From positions 5,861-69,860 of the forward strand of contig CAKKRD010000040.1 of assembly GCA_919902515.1 (NCBI GenBank): 64,000 bases of DNA, written 5' to 3'. Every line of letters begins with the position of its first letter. Within the stretch, counting starts at the first letter, position 1. Under the pieces are notes generated by a model, which was not told where the DNA came from, searched no databases, and saw only the letters and a program-made list of their open reading frames with translations. This DNA is from Nitrosomonadaceae bacterium. Its GTDB lineage: Bacteria; Pseudomonadota; Gammaproteobacteria; Burkholderiales; Nitrosomonadaceae. The translations under genes were made by a program, and so were the position numbers. Of the stretch, positions 40,289-49,427 are shown in pieces.

Positions 40289-40879
40289 ATGCCAACCGGG
40301 AAATTCCACTGGATCTGCGGCGTGGACGAAGCCGGCCGGGGACCGCTGGCAGGACCGGTATTCGCGGCCTGCGTAGTGCTCAACCCTGCTTACAAAATCG
40401 AGGGTCTGGCAGACTCCAAAAAACTCAGTGAAAAAAACCGCATCAAACTGGCACTTGCCATCAAAACACATGCCATGGCGTGGGCTATTGCTTCCGCATC
40501 CGTCGATGAAATCGACTGCTTGAATATTCTGCAAGCAAGCCTGCTGGCGATGAAACGAGCGGTCGAGAGCCTGGCATTTACTCCCGATCAAGTACTGGTA
40601 GATGGCAATCACAGCCCCCGCCTGAGTCTCCCGGTGCGCGCTGTCATTCGGGGCGACAGCCTGGTGCCGGAAATTTCCGCTGCCTCAATCCTGGCCAAGA
40701 CTGCACGCGATGCTGAAATGCTGCGACTTCATCAGCATTTCCCGCACTATGGCTTTGACCGGCACAAGGGATATCCGACAGTTGCGCACATCCTGGCATT
40801 GCAACAACATGGCGCATCCAGCGTGCATCGCCGCAGTTTTGCCCCGGTAAGAAAACTGATAATGAAATGCGAGCTGTGA
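40289..40879 (+). CDS. rnhB: ribonuclease HII
   Basis: [16 protein letters not shown]...DSKKLS...[12 protein letters not shown]. Confidence 0.9.
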   Translation: MPTGKFHWICGVDEAGRGPLAGPVFAACVVLNPAYKIEGLADSKKLSEKNRIKLALAIKTHAMAWAIASASVDEIDCLNILQASLLAMKRAVESLAFTPDQVLVDGNHSPRLSLPVRAVIRGDSLVPEISAASILAKTARDAEMLRLHQHFPHYGFDRHKGYPTVAHILALQQHGASSVHRRSFAPVRKLIMKCEL

Positions 40880-41021
40880 AAGAGCAGTGTTTGCCACACC
40901 GCTTCAGATCTGCTTGCCGGTGACAACCTTGGATGCGCTATTTGTGATGACGCCAAAATATACTGCTGATAAAATGATCACGATTTGATTTCATATTCGA
41001 CAACTCACAAACGGAAATAAC

Positions 41022-41501
41022 ATGCGCATCGTCAAGGACACCATCGTATCTCTCAATTATGAATTATCGGACTCAACTGGCAAAATCCTGGAAAAGGCTG
41101 ACTCCCCGATCAGTTATTTGCACGGGGGTTATGATGGGATTTTCCCGCTGGTGGAAGAAGCACTGCATAACATGGAAGTAGGCCATACCTGCTCGGTTTT
41201 CATGGAGCCGGAGAATACTTTCGGCGAATATGACAGTGAACTGGTGCGGGTGGAACCGCGTGACGCGTTTCCCGAGAACATAGCGGTTGGAATGCAGTTT
41301 GAAGGTGGTACGGAAGACTCGGATGACGTATTGATCTTCACCGTCACCGATATTGCCGAAGACAAAGTAGTGGTGGATGGCAATCATCCGCTGGCCGGGA
41401 TGACGCTGCGTTTCGATTGTACGGTTACCGATGTGCGCCCTGCCACTGCCGAGGAGCTCTCCCACGGTCACGTCCACGGTCCGCACGGTCATGAGCACTG
41501 A
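41022..41501 (+). CDS. slyD: FKBP-type peptidyl-prolyl isomerase SlyD with short His-rich tail
   Basis: VSLNYELSDSTGKILE...YLHGGYDGIFPLVEEAL...NHPLAG, ending HGHVHGPHGHEH. Confidence 0.85.
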   Translation: MRIVKDTIVSLNYELSDSTGKILEKADSPISYLHGGYDGIFPLVEEALHNMEVGHTCSVFMEPENTFGEYDSELVRVEPRDAFPENIAVGMQFEGGTEDSDDVLIFTVTDIAEDKVVVDGNHPLAGMTLRFDCTVTDVRPATAEELSHGHVHGPHGHEH

Positions 41502-41536
41502 TTTTTCCTGATTCGACTGCAGGCTCATCACCCGCG

Positions 41537-44131
41537 CTACTCGTCCACCACCGCCTTTTTCAGCAGATAGAGTTGTTCCAACGCTTCTTTCGGACTTAAC
41601 TCATCTGGCATGATGGTGCGCAGTAATGCGAGCGCGGGGTGCTCCTGCGGCGAATCTGCCACGGCAGCGGAGCCTGTGGAAAACAAATCCCGCTGCAGAT
41701 TCTTGTCCACACTCTCCTGCTCCAGTTTCAGCAGATGTCTCTTTGCTGCCTTGATGGCCTGTTCCGGTACACCGGCCAGCGCCGCAACTTGCAAGCCGTA
41801 ACTCTGGCTGGCAGGACCTTCGTTGACCGCGTGCAGGAACACGATATGGTGTTTGTGTTCCACCGCATCCAGATGTACGTTAGCCGCCTGCCTGAATTCT
41901 TCCGCAAGTCTGGTCAGTTCGAAATAATGGGTGGCAAATAATGTATAGCACCGGTTCTTTTCCAGCAGATAGCGGGCGATGGCAAACGCCAGCGCCAGAC
42001 CATCGAAGGTGGAAGTACCCCGCCCCACTTCATCCATCAATACTAGGCTTTGCGCGCTGGCATTGTGCAAAATGTTGGCAGCCTCGGTCATTTCCACCAT
42101 GAAAGTCGAGCGTCCGCCAGCAAGATCATCGGATGCACCGATACGGGTAAAAATCTGATCCAGTGGGCCGAGACGTGCGCTGTTGGCGGGAACAAAGCTG
42201 CCGCAATGCGCGAGTAATGCGATCAGCGCAACCTGCCGCATATAGGTGGATTTTCCACCCATATTGGGGCCGGTGATGATGAGCATTTGCCGCTCGCTGT
42301 TGTCACCGGCGCCGAGGCGCACATCGTTGGCAATGAAATTCTCCACTTGCCGCTCCACCACTGGGTGGCGGCCCGCCACGATTTCGATCGTGGCCGCATC
42401 GGTGAAAACCGGCATGATGTAATCGAGCGCCAGCGCACGCTCAGCGAAGGCGGCCAGCACATCCAGTTCAGCAACACCTCGAGCGGTGCGCTGTAAATGA
42501 CCAATGAACGACACAAGTGCGTCCAGCAATGCATCATACAAAAACTTCTCTCGTGCCAGTGCGCGCTCCTGCGCGGACAGCGCCTTGTCCTCGAAGGTTT
42601 TCAGTTCCGGCGTGATGTAACGCTCGGCATTCTTCAGCGTCTGCCGCCGGCGGTAATCATCAGGGATTTTCTCGCTATGGGCGTGGGTGACTTCGATATA
42701 AAACCCATGCACCCGGTTATACTCCACCTTGAGAGTGGCGATACCGGTGCGCGCCTTTTCCCGTGCTTCCAGTTGCAACAGAAACTCACCCCCGTCATTC
42801 TGGATTGCACGCAATTCATCCAACTCGGCGTCATAACCATCGGCGATCACCCCGCCCTCGCGCAGCACAACACCGGGTTCTTCACGCAGGGATTGCTCCA
42901 GCAGACTGACCAGTGCGGCATCCGGCGCCATGGCTTGCGCCAGTGTGACGATATGTTCGCTGGCACAACCGGTAATTGCGACGATGACTTCCGGCAAGCG
43001 TTTCAGACTGTCACGCAAACCCGACAGATCCCGTGGACGTGCGGATTTCAGTGCAATACGGGCAGTGATGCGCTCAATGTCCGTCACCTGTCTGAAACAT
43101 TCGCGCACCGCATGATACGGTCCCAGTCCGGCTGCTCCGATCAAGGCTGACACGCTCTCAAGGCGCTGCTGGATCACGGCATGGTCGCGTAGCGGATGAT
43201 GCAGCCAGTGCCGCAGCAAACGGCTGCCCATGCTGGTTGAACAGGTGTCGAGCAGTGATAGCAGCGTGGGCGACGCTTCGCCGCGTATAGTTTCGGAAAT
43301 TTCCAGATTGCGGCGAGTGGCAGCATCCATCCGCACGTATGCGCTATCCCGCTCGACTTGCAGCGCCTTGACGTGAACGATGCTTGCGCCTTGCGTGAGC
43401 CGGGCGTATTCCAGCAGCGCACCCGCTGCACCCAGCGATGGCTGCAAGCCGTCGCAGCCGAAACCGGAAAGATCGCGGGTGCCGAATTGGCGGGCGAGAT
43501 TACGCACGGCGGCATCAACATCAAACTGCCATACCGGCAAATGCTTCAGACTTGAACTCTTTTGTGCGCCCACGCCGTTAAGCATGGTGACAGTATCCGG
43601 TGACTCAGGCAGCAGGATTTCGGCAGGTTGCAGGCGTTCCAGCTCGCTCGCTAAATTATCTGCCGCAGTCTCCATTAGGTAGAGCTGCCCTGCTGCCAGA
43701 TTAAGCCATGCCAGGCCCAGCGTGGCTTCATGCAGAACCAAAGCCAGCAGCACGCAATCGCGTTTTTCTTCCAGCAATGCGGTGTCCGTCAGCGTTCCCG
43801 GCGTGATGATGCGCGTGACCTGGCGCTCCACTGGCCCCTTGGCAGTGGCGGGATCGCCGGTCTGTTCGCAGATCGCCACTGACTCGCCCAGCCTGACAAG
43901 TTTCGCCAGGTATTGTTCGGCAGCGTGATAAGGCACCCCCGCCATTTTGATCGGCTCCCCTGCCGAGGCACCGCGCCGGGTCAGGGTAATGTCTAGCAGC
44001 TTGGCAGCCTTTTCCGCGTCATCGAAGAACAGTTCGTAGAAATCCCCCATGCGATAAAACATCAGCATGTCTGGATGCTGTGCCTTGATGCGCAGGTATT
44101 GCTGCATCATCGGGGTATGCTGGCTGGACAT
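41537..44131 (-). CDS. mutS: DNA mismatch repair protein MutS
   Basis: [35 protein letters not shown] and the Walker A motif [15 protein letters not shown]. Confidence 0.95.
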   Translation of the reverse strand: MSSQHTPMMQQYLRIKAQHPDMLMFYRMGDFYELFFDDAEKAAKLLDITLTRRGASAGEPIKMAGVPYHAAEQYLAKLVRLGESVAICEQTGDPATAKGPVERQVTRIITPGTLTDTALLEEKRDCVLLALVLHEATLGLAWLNLAAGQLYLMETAADNLASELERLQPAEILLPESPDTVTMLNGVGAQKSSSLKHLPVWQFDVDAAVRNLARQFGTRDLSGFGCDGLQPSLGAAGALLEYARLTQGASIVHVKALQVERDSAYVRMDAATRRNLEISETIRGEASPTLLSLLDTCSTSMGSRLLRHWLHHPLRDHAVIQQRLESVSALIGAAGLGPYHAVRECFRQVTDIERITARIALKSARPRDLSGLRDSLKRLPEVIVAITGCASEHIVTLAQAMAPDAALVSLLEQSLREEPGVVLREGGVIADGYDAELDELRAIQNDGGEFLLQLEAREKARTGIATLKVEYNRVHGFYIEVTHAHSEKIPDDYRRRQTLKNAERYITPELKTFEDKALSAQERALAREKFLYDALLDALVSFIGHLQRTARGVAELDVLAAFAERALALDYIMPVFTDAATIEIVAGRHPVVERQVENFIANDVRLGAGDNSERQMLIITGPNMGGKSTYMRQVALIALLAHCGSFVPANSARLGPLDQIFTRIGASDDLAGGRSTFMVEMTEAANILHNASAQSLVLMDEVGRGTSTFDGLALAFAIARYLLEKNRCYTLFATHYFELTRLAEEFRQAANVHLDAVEHKHHIVFLHAVNEGPASQSYGLQVAALAGVPEQAIKAAKRHLLKLEQESVDKNLQRDLFSTGSAAVADSPQEHPALALLRTIMPDELSPKEALEQLYLLKKAVVDE

Positions 44132-44205
44132 GAATGGAGTAAATGAAAATTCGCGATGGATAAAACCACACCAAGTATGGAGACGATTACTCCACTAACT
44201 TGCGC

Positions 44206-45111
44206 TCAAGCTTGCTCCGCGCGATAGTTCGCTACCAGCCGAAACTCGCTATCGGGCGCAACCTCCACCACATCTGTAGCAGCGTTGGTAGTCTCGACAC
44301 AGAGCAGGCGCCGATAATCATCGTCCTGCAAGTCGCCCATCTCCGCCGAGATCTTCGCCCACGGGTTCCACACCACGGCGGTTTTACTGCCTCTGGACGC
44401 AATCCGGATACGGCGCTTCAGGGCAGCATCGGCAATCACCAACTCGCCTTGGACGCCAAGATAGATGCGGTCGACTTCTGTATTGATCGTTACTGCACCG
44501 GTCTGGTGTTTTTGCGCACTGTTGTCGGTCTTATCGATGTAGTCGATACCTTCCAGTCCCAATACGCTGGTCTGACTGATATCCCCAACCTTGAAGTAGG
44601 TATGGAATGCCTGTGTTATAGAAAAGGTCTGCGTGCCGGTGTTGCCCGTGACCAACTCCAGGTTCAGCGAATTTCCCACCGTGATTTCCAGCGCCAGGGT
44701 AAACGACTGTGGCCAGATAGCGCGGGTTTCGGGGGTATCGATTAACCCTAGCGTGACCCGGGTGTCGCCGTCTGCGGTTGTCCCGGTTGCCACTACGTTC
44801 CACAAGCGATTGCGTACAAAACCATGCGCTGGACGGCCCAGCCCTTGCGGATCGGCGCCAAACCACGGCCAGCAGATCGGCGCCCCGCCCTTGATGGCTT
44901 TGCCCGGCTGATAATAAGCCTTTTCGCTGAGGAACATCAGATCGTCCGCTGTGCCAGCCGGGCGGAAAGACAATGCCTGGCCTGCATAGACGGAGATCAA
45001 AGCGCTGGCCTTGGCGTTGCTGATTTCAATGAAAGGAAAGCCACCCTTGCCCTCAATGAATCTGAGTTGGCCAGCAATGGCATAATCGGCATTTAGTTGT
45101 TCAATCTTCAT
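44206..45111 (-). CDS. D-hexose-6-phosphate mutarotase (aldose 1-epimerase family, YeaD-like)
   Basis: GGAPICWPWFG...HGFVRNRLW...VVWNPW are motifs of the glucose-6-P 1-epimerase family. Confidence 0.75.
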   Translation of the reverse strand: MKIEQLNADYAIAGQLRFIEGKGGFPFIEISNAKASALISVYAGQALSFRPAGTADDLMFLSEKAYYQPGKAIKGGAPICWPWFGADPQGLGRPAHGFVRNRLWNVVATGTTADGDTRVTLGLIDTPETRAIWPQSFTLALEITVGNSLNLELVTGNTGTQTFSITQAFHTYFKVGDISQTSVLGLEGIDYIDKTDNSAQKHQTGAVTINTEVDRIYLGVQGELVIADAALKRRIRIASRGSKTAVVWNPWAKISAEMGDLQDDDYRRLLCVETTNAATDVVEVAPDSEFRLVANYRAEQA

Positions 45112-45180
45112 GGCATTTATTCCGTTTGGTTATTTGGTGGCAAGCAAAGCGATAGCGCTTTTAACGGTGACGCCAACGCT

Positions 45181-45987
45181 TCAGGCCTTCAATTCTTTCG
45201 TCAGGTGCGGCGCAATCACCTGCAGCAATTGTCCGAATGTTTTCGGATTACCGGCGACGATATGTCCGCTTTGCAGATAAGTGGCGTTGCCTTCCAGGTC
45301 ACCCACCAGCCCGCCCGCTTCGGTGATCAGTAGACAGCCGGCGGCCATATCCCATGGTGACAATCCCAGCTCCCAGAAACCATCGTAGCGGCCAGCGGCC
45401 ACATAGGCCAGATCCAGCGCAGCGGAGCCGGGACGGCGGATACCCGAAGTTCTGGGCATGATGTCCTTAAACATGGCGAGATAAGCATCTATGTGGGAGA
45501 ACTCGCGAAACGGGAAGCCGGTGCCGATCAGGCAATCGGCCAGCTGGGTACGCTTGCTTACGCGCAGGCGATGGTCGTTGAGATAGGCGCCACGCCCGCG
45601 GCTGGCGGTGAATAATTCATTGCTGCAAGGATCGTACACCACTGCCTGGGTCAGTATGCCTTTATGCAGCAGCGCGATCGAGACCGAGTACTGGGGCAAG
45701 CCGTGCAGAAAATTGGTGGTGCCGTCGAGCGGATCGATGATCCACTGGTATTCGGATTTATTCTGGTCACCGCGAGCACCGCTCTCTTCTGCTAGAATCG
45801 CGTGAGCCGGATAGGCATCCAGCAGCACCTGAATGATGGCATCTTCCGCCGCACCATCCACTTCACTGACAAAATCATTGTGCGCCTTACGCGAGACGTG
45901 CAGCAAATCCAGATTCTGTGCGGCACGGTTGATAATACCACCAGCGCGACGCGCGGCTTTTACTGCAATGGTAAGCATGGGATGCAT
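45181..45987 (-). CDS. suhB: inositol monophosphatase family protein SuhB
   Basis: [12 protein letters not shown] and the G.PKNF-type C-terminus. Divergent from trmJ, as in E. coli. Confidence 0.85.
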   Translation of the reverse strand: MHPMLTIAVKAARRAGGIINRAAQNLDLLHVSRKAHNDFVSEVDGAAEDAIIQVLLDAYPAHAILAEESGARGDQNKSEYQWIIDPLDGTTNFLHGLPQYSVSIALLHKGILTQAVVYDPCSNELFTASRGRGAYLNDHRLRVSKRTQLADCLIGTGFPFREFSHIDAYLAMFKDIMPRTSGIRRPGSAALDLAYVAAGRYDGFWELGLSPWDMAAGCLLITEAGGLVGDLEGNATYLQSGHIVAGNPKTFGQLLQVIAPHLTKELKA

Positions 45988-46025
45988 TTTCTGGATTCGA
46001 GATTAAATAAAACTAGGATTTTAAT

Positions 46026-46751
46026 ATGAATCCCCTCTGCCCGCTTGCTAATGTCCGCATAGTGTTGAGCCATACCAGCCATCCCGGGAATATCGGCGCG
46101 GCTGCGCGAGCGATGAAAACGATGGGGCTGGGTGCACTCTATCTGATAAATCCAAAATCGTTTCCCGACAAGGAAGCAGAAGCACGCGCCGCCGGCGCAT
46201 GGGATGTGCTCAACGCCGCCAAGGTTTGTGGCAGCCTTGAGGAAGCCCTCAGTGGCACGGTGCTGGTGGCGGCAGTCACTGCCCGTCCACGCGATCTTTC
46301 GCATGAAGTGTTCGATTCACGTCAGGGTGCACAGGAATTGTGCAACCATGCGCGACAACATCCGGTGGCGCTGGTTTTTGGCACAGAAATGTCCGGTCTC
46401 ACCACACTTGAAGTGAGCAAGTGTCAAATTATTGTGCATATTCCGGCCAATCCAGATTACTCCTCCCTCAATCTTGCCAGCGCGGTGCAAGTGATGGCAT
46501 ATGAATTACGCATGGCGCTGGCGGGAAGCGGGAGTCTCCCACAGCCAATGAGCACACCCGCTAGTTTCGATGAGATTGAATTATTTGTCCGTCATCTGGA
46601 ACAAAGCATGATAAACAGTGGTTTCCTGGACCCCCAGGAGCCGAAACGGCTGCTGCAGCGCATGCGCCGCTTATTTGCGCGCGCCCGATTGGAAAAAGAA
46701 GAAGTAAATATATTGCGTGGAATCCTGAGCGCTCTGGAGAAACGCAGGTAA
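46026..46751 (+). CDS. trmJ: tRNA (cytidine/uridine-2'-O-)-methyltransferase TrmJ (SpoU class)
   Basis: IRIVLSHTSHPGNIGAAARAMKTMG...LVFGTEMSGL...SLNLASAVQV. Sits directly upstream of iscR. Confidence 0.8.
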   Translation: MNPLCPLANVRIVLSHTSHPGNIGAAARAMKTMGLGALYLINPKSFPDKEAEARAAGAWDVLNAAKVCGSLEEALSGTVLVAAVTARPRDLSHEVFDSRQGAQELCNHARQHPVALVFGTEMSGLTTLEVSKCQIIVHIPANPDYSSLNLASAVQVMAYELRMALAGSGSLPQPMSTPASFDEIELFVRHLEQSMINSGFLDPQEPKRLLQRMRRLFARARLEKEEVNILRGILSALEKRR

Positions 46752-46815
46752 ACGCAGGTAAACGCAACAAGGCCAATGAGCCCCCGACCAGACTGCCCCG
46801 AATTATTCGAACAAA

Positions 46816-46868
46816 ATAGTTGACTGAATAAGTTGGGTTTTATATACTTGAGCGAAATTGTCGGGTAT
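46816..46868 (+). promoter_or_regulatory. iscR promoter with two type-1 IscR boxes
   Basis: -35 TTGACT (46820-46825), a 17-nt spacer, -10 TATACT (46843-46848). The 25-mers ATAGTTGACTGAATAAGTTGGGTTT (46816-46840) and ATACTTGAGCGAAATTGTCGGGTAT (46844-46868) each match the recalled type-1 consensus ATASYYGACTRWWWYAGTCRRSTAT at 22 of 25 positions. Confidence 0.5.
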
Positions 46869-46928
46869 TGCTGCGGATAACCTGGAAATAATTGTTAATC
46901 TGAATGTTGATTCTGATTGGGAGCAAAA

Positions 46929-47375
46929 ATGCGATTGACGACTAAGGGGCGTTTTGCGGTGACCGCAATGATCGATCTGGCTCTGCATGGTGGCCATGGG
47001 CCGGTGACGTTGGCGGGTATCAGCGAGCGCCAGAGAATTTCGCTGTCTTATCTGGAGCAGTTGTTCGGAAAACTACGGCGCAATAAATTGGTGGGCAGTG
47101 TCCGTGGTCCCGGTGGCGGCTACCATTTGGCGAAGCCAATGAGTGAAGTATCGGTGGCTGACATCATTCTCGCCGTGGATGAACCGATTGACGCAACTCA
47201 GTGCAAGGGCAAGGAGAACTGTCACAATGATCAGCGTTGTATGACCCATGATCTGTGGACCAATCTCAATACCAAGATACGGGACTATCTGGCCCTGGTC
47301 ACGCTAGAACAACTGGTGACGAACCCAAAAGTGAAGAATGTTGCAGTGCTGCAGGATCTACGAGCACTCAAGTAA
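46929..47375 (+). CDS. iscR: Fe-S cluster assembly transcriptional regulator IscR (Rrf2 family)
   Basis: MRLTTKGRFAVTAMIDLAL..., the cluster ligands C..C..C.H (ATQCKGKENCHNDQRCMTHDLW), and GGGAG upstream of the ATG at 46929. Confidence 0.85.
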   Translation: MRLTTKGRFAVTAMIDLALHGGHGPVTLAGISERQRISLSYLEQLFGKLRRNKLVGSVRGPGGGYHLAKPMSEVSVADIILAVDEPIDATQCKGKENCHNDQRCMTHDLWTNLNTKIRDYLALVTLEQLVTNPKVKNVAVLQDLRALK

Positions 47376-47401
47376 CCGGGTGGGACATCTCCAGCTTAAT
47401 T

Positions 47402-47421
47402 GCTGCTTACCTGTAAGCAGC
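47402..47421 (+). promoter_or_regulatory. perfect hairpin between iscR and the desulfurase gene
   Basis: GCTGCTTAC-CT-GTAAGCAGC has a 9-bp perfect inverted repeat and no U-tract. It could be a processing site, attenuator or stabiliser. Confidence 0.35.
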
Positions 47422-47472
47422 GCATGAGAACCTTCCGGATTGAATCAACTGCTATGAAATCGACTATGGTTG

Positions 47473-48645
47473 ATGAAAATGAATAGAAGAATACAAGCAT
47501 ATTTCGACCATAACGCCACCACTGCGTTGGATGACGCAGTACTGGATGTGATGCTGCCGTATTTTCAGGGAGAGTTCGGCAATCCTTCCAGCCGCCATCT
47601 CCGCGGGATGGCAGCACGTCGGGCAATAGACCAGGCGCGCGAGCAGGTGGCGGATTCGGTCGGCGTACAGCCGGAACAAGTGGTTTTCAGCAGTGGCGGA
47701 TCGGAGGCCAATAACCTGTTTATTCTGGGGGCCGCAGGCTACCTGAAACCTACGCGGATTATCGTCAGTGCGATTGAACATCCTTGCGTGCTGCGTCCAG
47801 CCCAGGAATTGGCACGGAGAGGGCATGAAAAATGGGATTTGCGGCGGCTGGCGGTGGACCGTTTGGGACAAGCGAGTCTGGATGACGCCGCTAACGCCAT
47901 GAGGGAACAACAACCCGGCCTAGTATCGGTAATGCTAGCAAATAACGAAACCGGCGTAATTCAGGACGTAGCGGCGATTGCAGAAAAAGCTCGGGAGCAT
48001 GGCGCCTGGACACATACCGATGCGGTGCAGGCCTTTGGGAAAATTCCGGTGGATTTTGCCGCGCTCAAAGTACATGCCATGACGCTGTCTGCCCACAAGA
48101 TTTATGGTCCCAAGGGTGCTGCTGCGCTGATTGTGGACAAACGACTGTTGCTCAAACCGCTTATTTTTGGTGGTGGCCATGAAAACGGGTTGCGCTCAGG
48201 TACCGAAAATGTCCCTGCCATCGTTGGTTTCGGTGCTGCCTGTGAGTTGGCCAAGATCCGTATGACTGAGATGACCACGCGCGTTGCGGCAATGCGCACA
48301 CGTCTGGAACAAGGACTGATTGCGATGGGTGCTGTCATTTTTGGGCTGGGGGCGGCGCGTTTGCCCAATACCTGCTATTTTGCCTTACCCGGTATCGAGG
48401 GTGATACCTTGGTCGTCCGGCTTGACAAGGCAGGTTTCGCGGTGGCCAGTGGCGCCGCCTGTTCCAGCGTGACTCCTGGCCAAAGCCATGTGCTGGAAGC
48501 GATGGGAGTCGAACCCATGCTGGCGCGATGCGCGGTGCGAGTCAGTCTAGGCAGCACCAACACGCCAGTACAAGTGGAAGATTTCCTTAAAACGCTAGGC
48601 GGTACAGTGGAAGGATTAAGAAGCATGAATACCGCTATGGCTTAA
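47473..48645 (+). CDS. cysteine desulfurase, NifS-like short form (class V aminotransferase)
   Basis: YFDHNATT...FGNPSSRH...FSSGGSEANN...LSAHKIYGPKG (PLP Lys)...RSGTENV...ASGAACSS (catalytic Cys). It lacks the long IscS C-terminal extension. Confidence 0.85.
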   Translation: MKMNRRIQAYFDHNATTALDDAVLDVMLPYFQGEFGNPSSRHLRGMAARRAIDQAREQVADSVGVQPEQVVFSSGGSEANNLFILGAAGYLKPTRIIVSAIEHPCVLRPAQELARRGHEKWDLRRLAVDRLGQASLDDAANAMREQQPGLVSVMLANNETGVIQDVAAIAEKAREHGAWTHTDAVQAFGKIPVDFAALKVHAMTLSAHKIYGPKGAAALIVDKRLLLKPLIFGGGHENGLRSGTENVPAIVGFGAACELAKIRMTEMTTRVAAMRTRLEQGLIAMGAVIFGLGAARLPNTCYFALPGIEGDTLVVRLDKAGFAVASGAACSSVTPGQSHVLEAMGVEPMLARCAVRVSLGSTNTPVQVEDFLKTLGGTVEGLRSMNTAMA

Positions 48646-48750
48646 AACTGCATGGCCGCACTCAGCAATCGATAAGACCGGAAACACTGTGAAGCATCAA
48701 TAAACTTTCAGATAAACCCTGCCGTTATTTTTCCACCGAATCTTCTCCGG

Positions 48751-48768
48751 ATCCGAATATATTCGGAT
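48751..48768. promoter_or_regulatory. perfect 18-bp palindrome (candidate operator)
   Basis: ATCCGAATATATTCGGAT lies about 90 nt upstream of the small basic ORF. Confidence 0.3.
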
Positions 48769-48860
48769 AAGTTGCCTGTTTCCACGTAGAATAATCAAAG
48801 CAAAAATAAATCTTCTCTGATTCTCTCTGCATCAGAAATAGCCATTAAAGGAGTGACAAA

Positions 48861-49031
48861 TTGGCACAGCCAAATTTCCAATATGAAAAGCGCCAGAAAG
48901 ACCTGGCCAAGAAAAAGAAACAGGAAGAGAAAAGGCAGCGCAAGCTGGACAAGGGTAAGACACCATCCGATGACAATCCAGACCAGCCTCCGGCTGTGGC
49001 GGAAACTGAGGGTGCGGCAAAGACCGAATAA
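48861..49031 (+). CDS. small (56 aa) highly basic protein, unknown function
   Basis: Below the track length cutoff. A TTG start lies 6-7 nt after AAAGGAG. Translation: MAQPNFQYEKRQKDLAKKKKQEEKRQRKLDKGKTPSDDNPDQPPAVAETEGAAKTE*. The overlapping track ORF (48853..49062) is in another frame with no RBS. Confidence 0.4.
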   Translation: MAQPNFQYEKRQKDLAKKKKQEEKRQRKLDKGKTPSDDNPDQPPAVAETEGAAKTE

Positions 49032-49427
49032 ATCAGAGGCGACCTGCACGGCCAAGCAATAAATCAGTGCGGCAGATCAACAAAACCGTATCAGGTTTAT
49101 TGGCAACCTGCCATGGACAGGTGCAGATTTAACCTTGGCCTCCATCATCGGCATGATGCGGAAAATACTGCGCCGATATTCCGTCGCTGCAATCACTGTC
49201 AATGCCATTTGCCCGTGCATGCCGCTCGCATCAAACATTCCGGCCACGTCATCATATAGTTACACTGTTCCTGACCTGATCCCGCATGTCAGCGAGGCTG
49301 GGCGGGACTGAGACTGCCGAAACTCTAAAGTTGAGAGTCGGCCGCCACCAGAAACACTCATAAAACCGTTATCCACAAGATCCGTAGCAGCGGTAAAATG
49401 ATCCCACACAAGCTATTGGAGACAGCC

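Noticed and set aside
49040-49140. Possible pseudoknot: CUGCAC / GGCCAAG (about 49044-49057) complementary to GUGCAG / CUUGGCC (about 49121-49140) in crossing order.
   Set aside because: The helices are only 6-7 bp, with no covariation evidence available and chance occurrence plausible. I mention it only as part of the long leader of the NYN gene.
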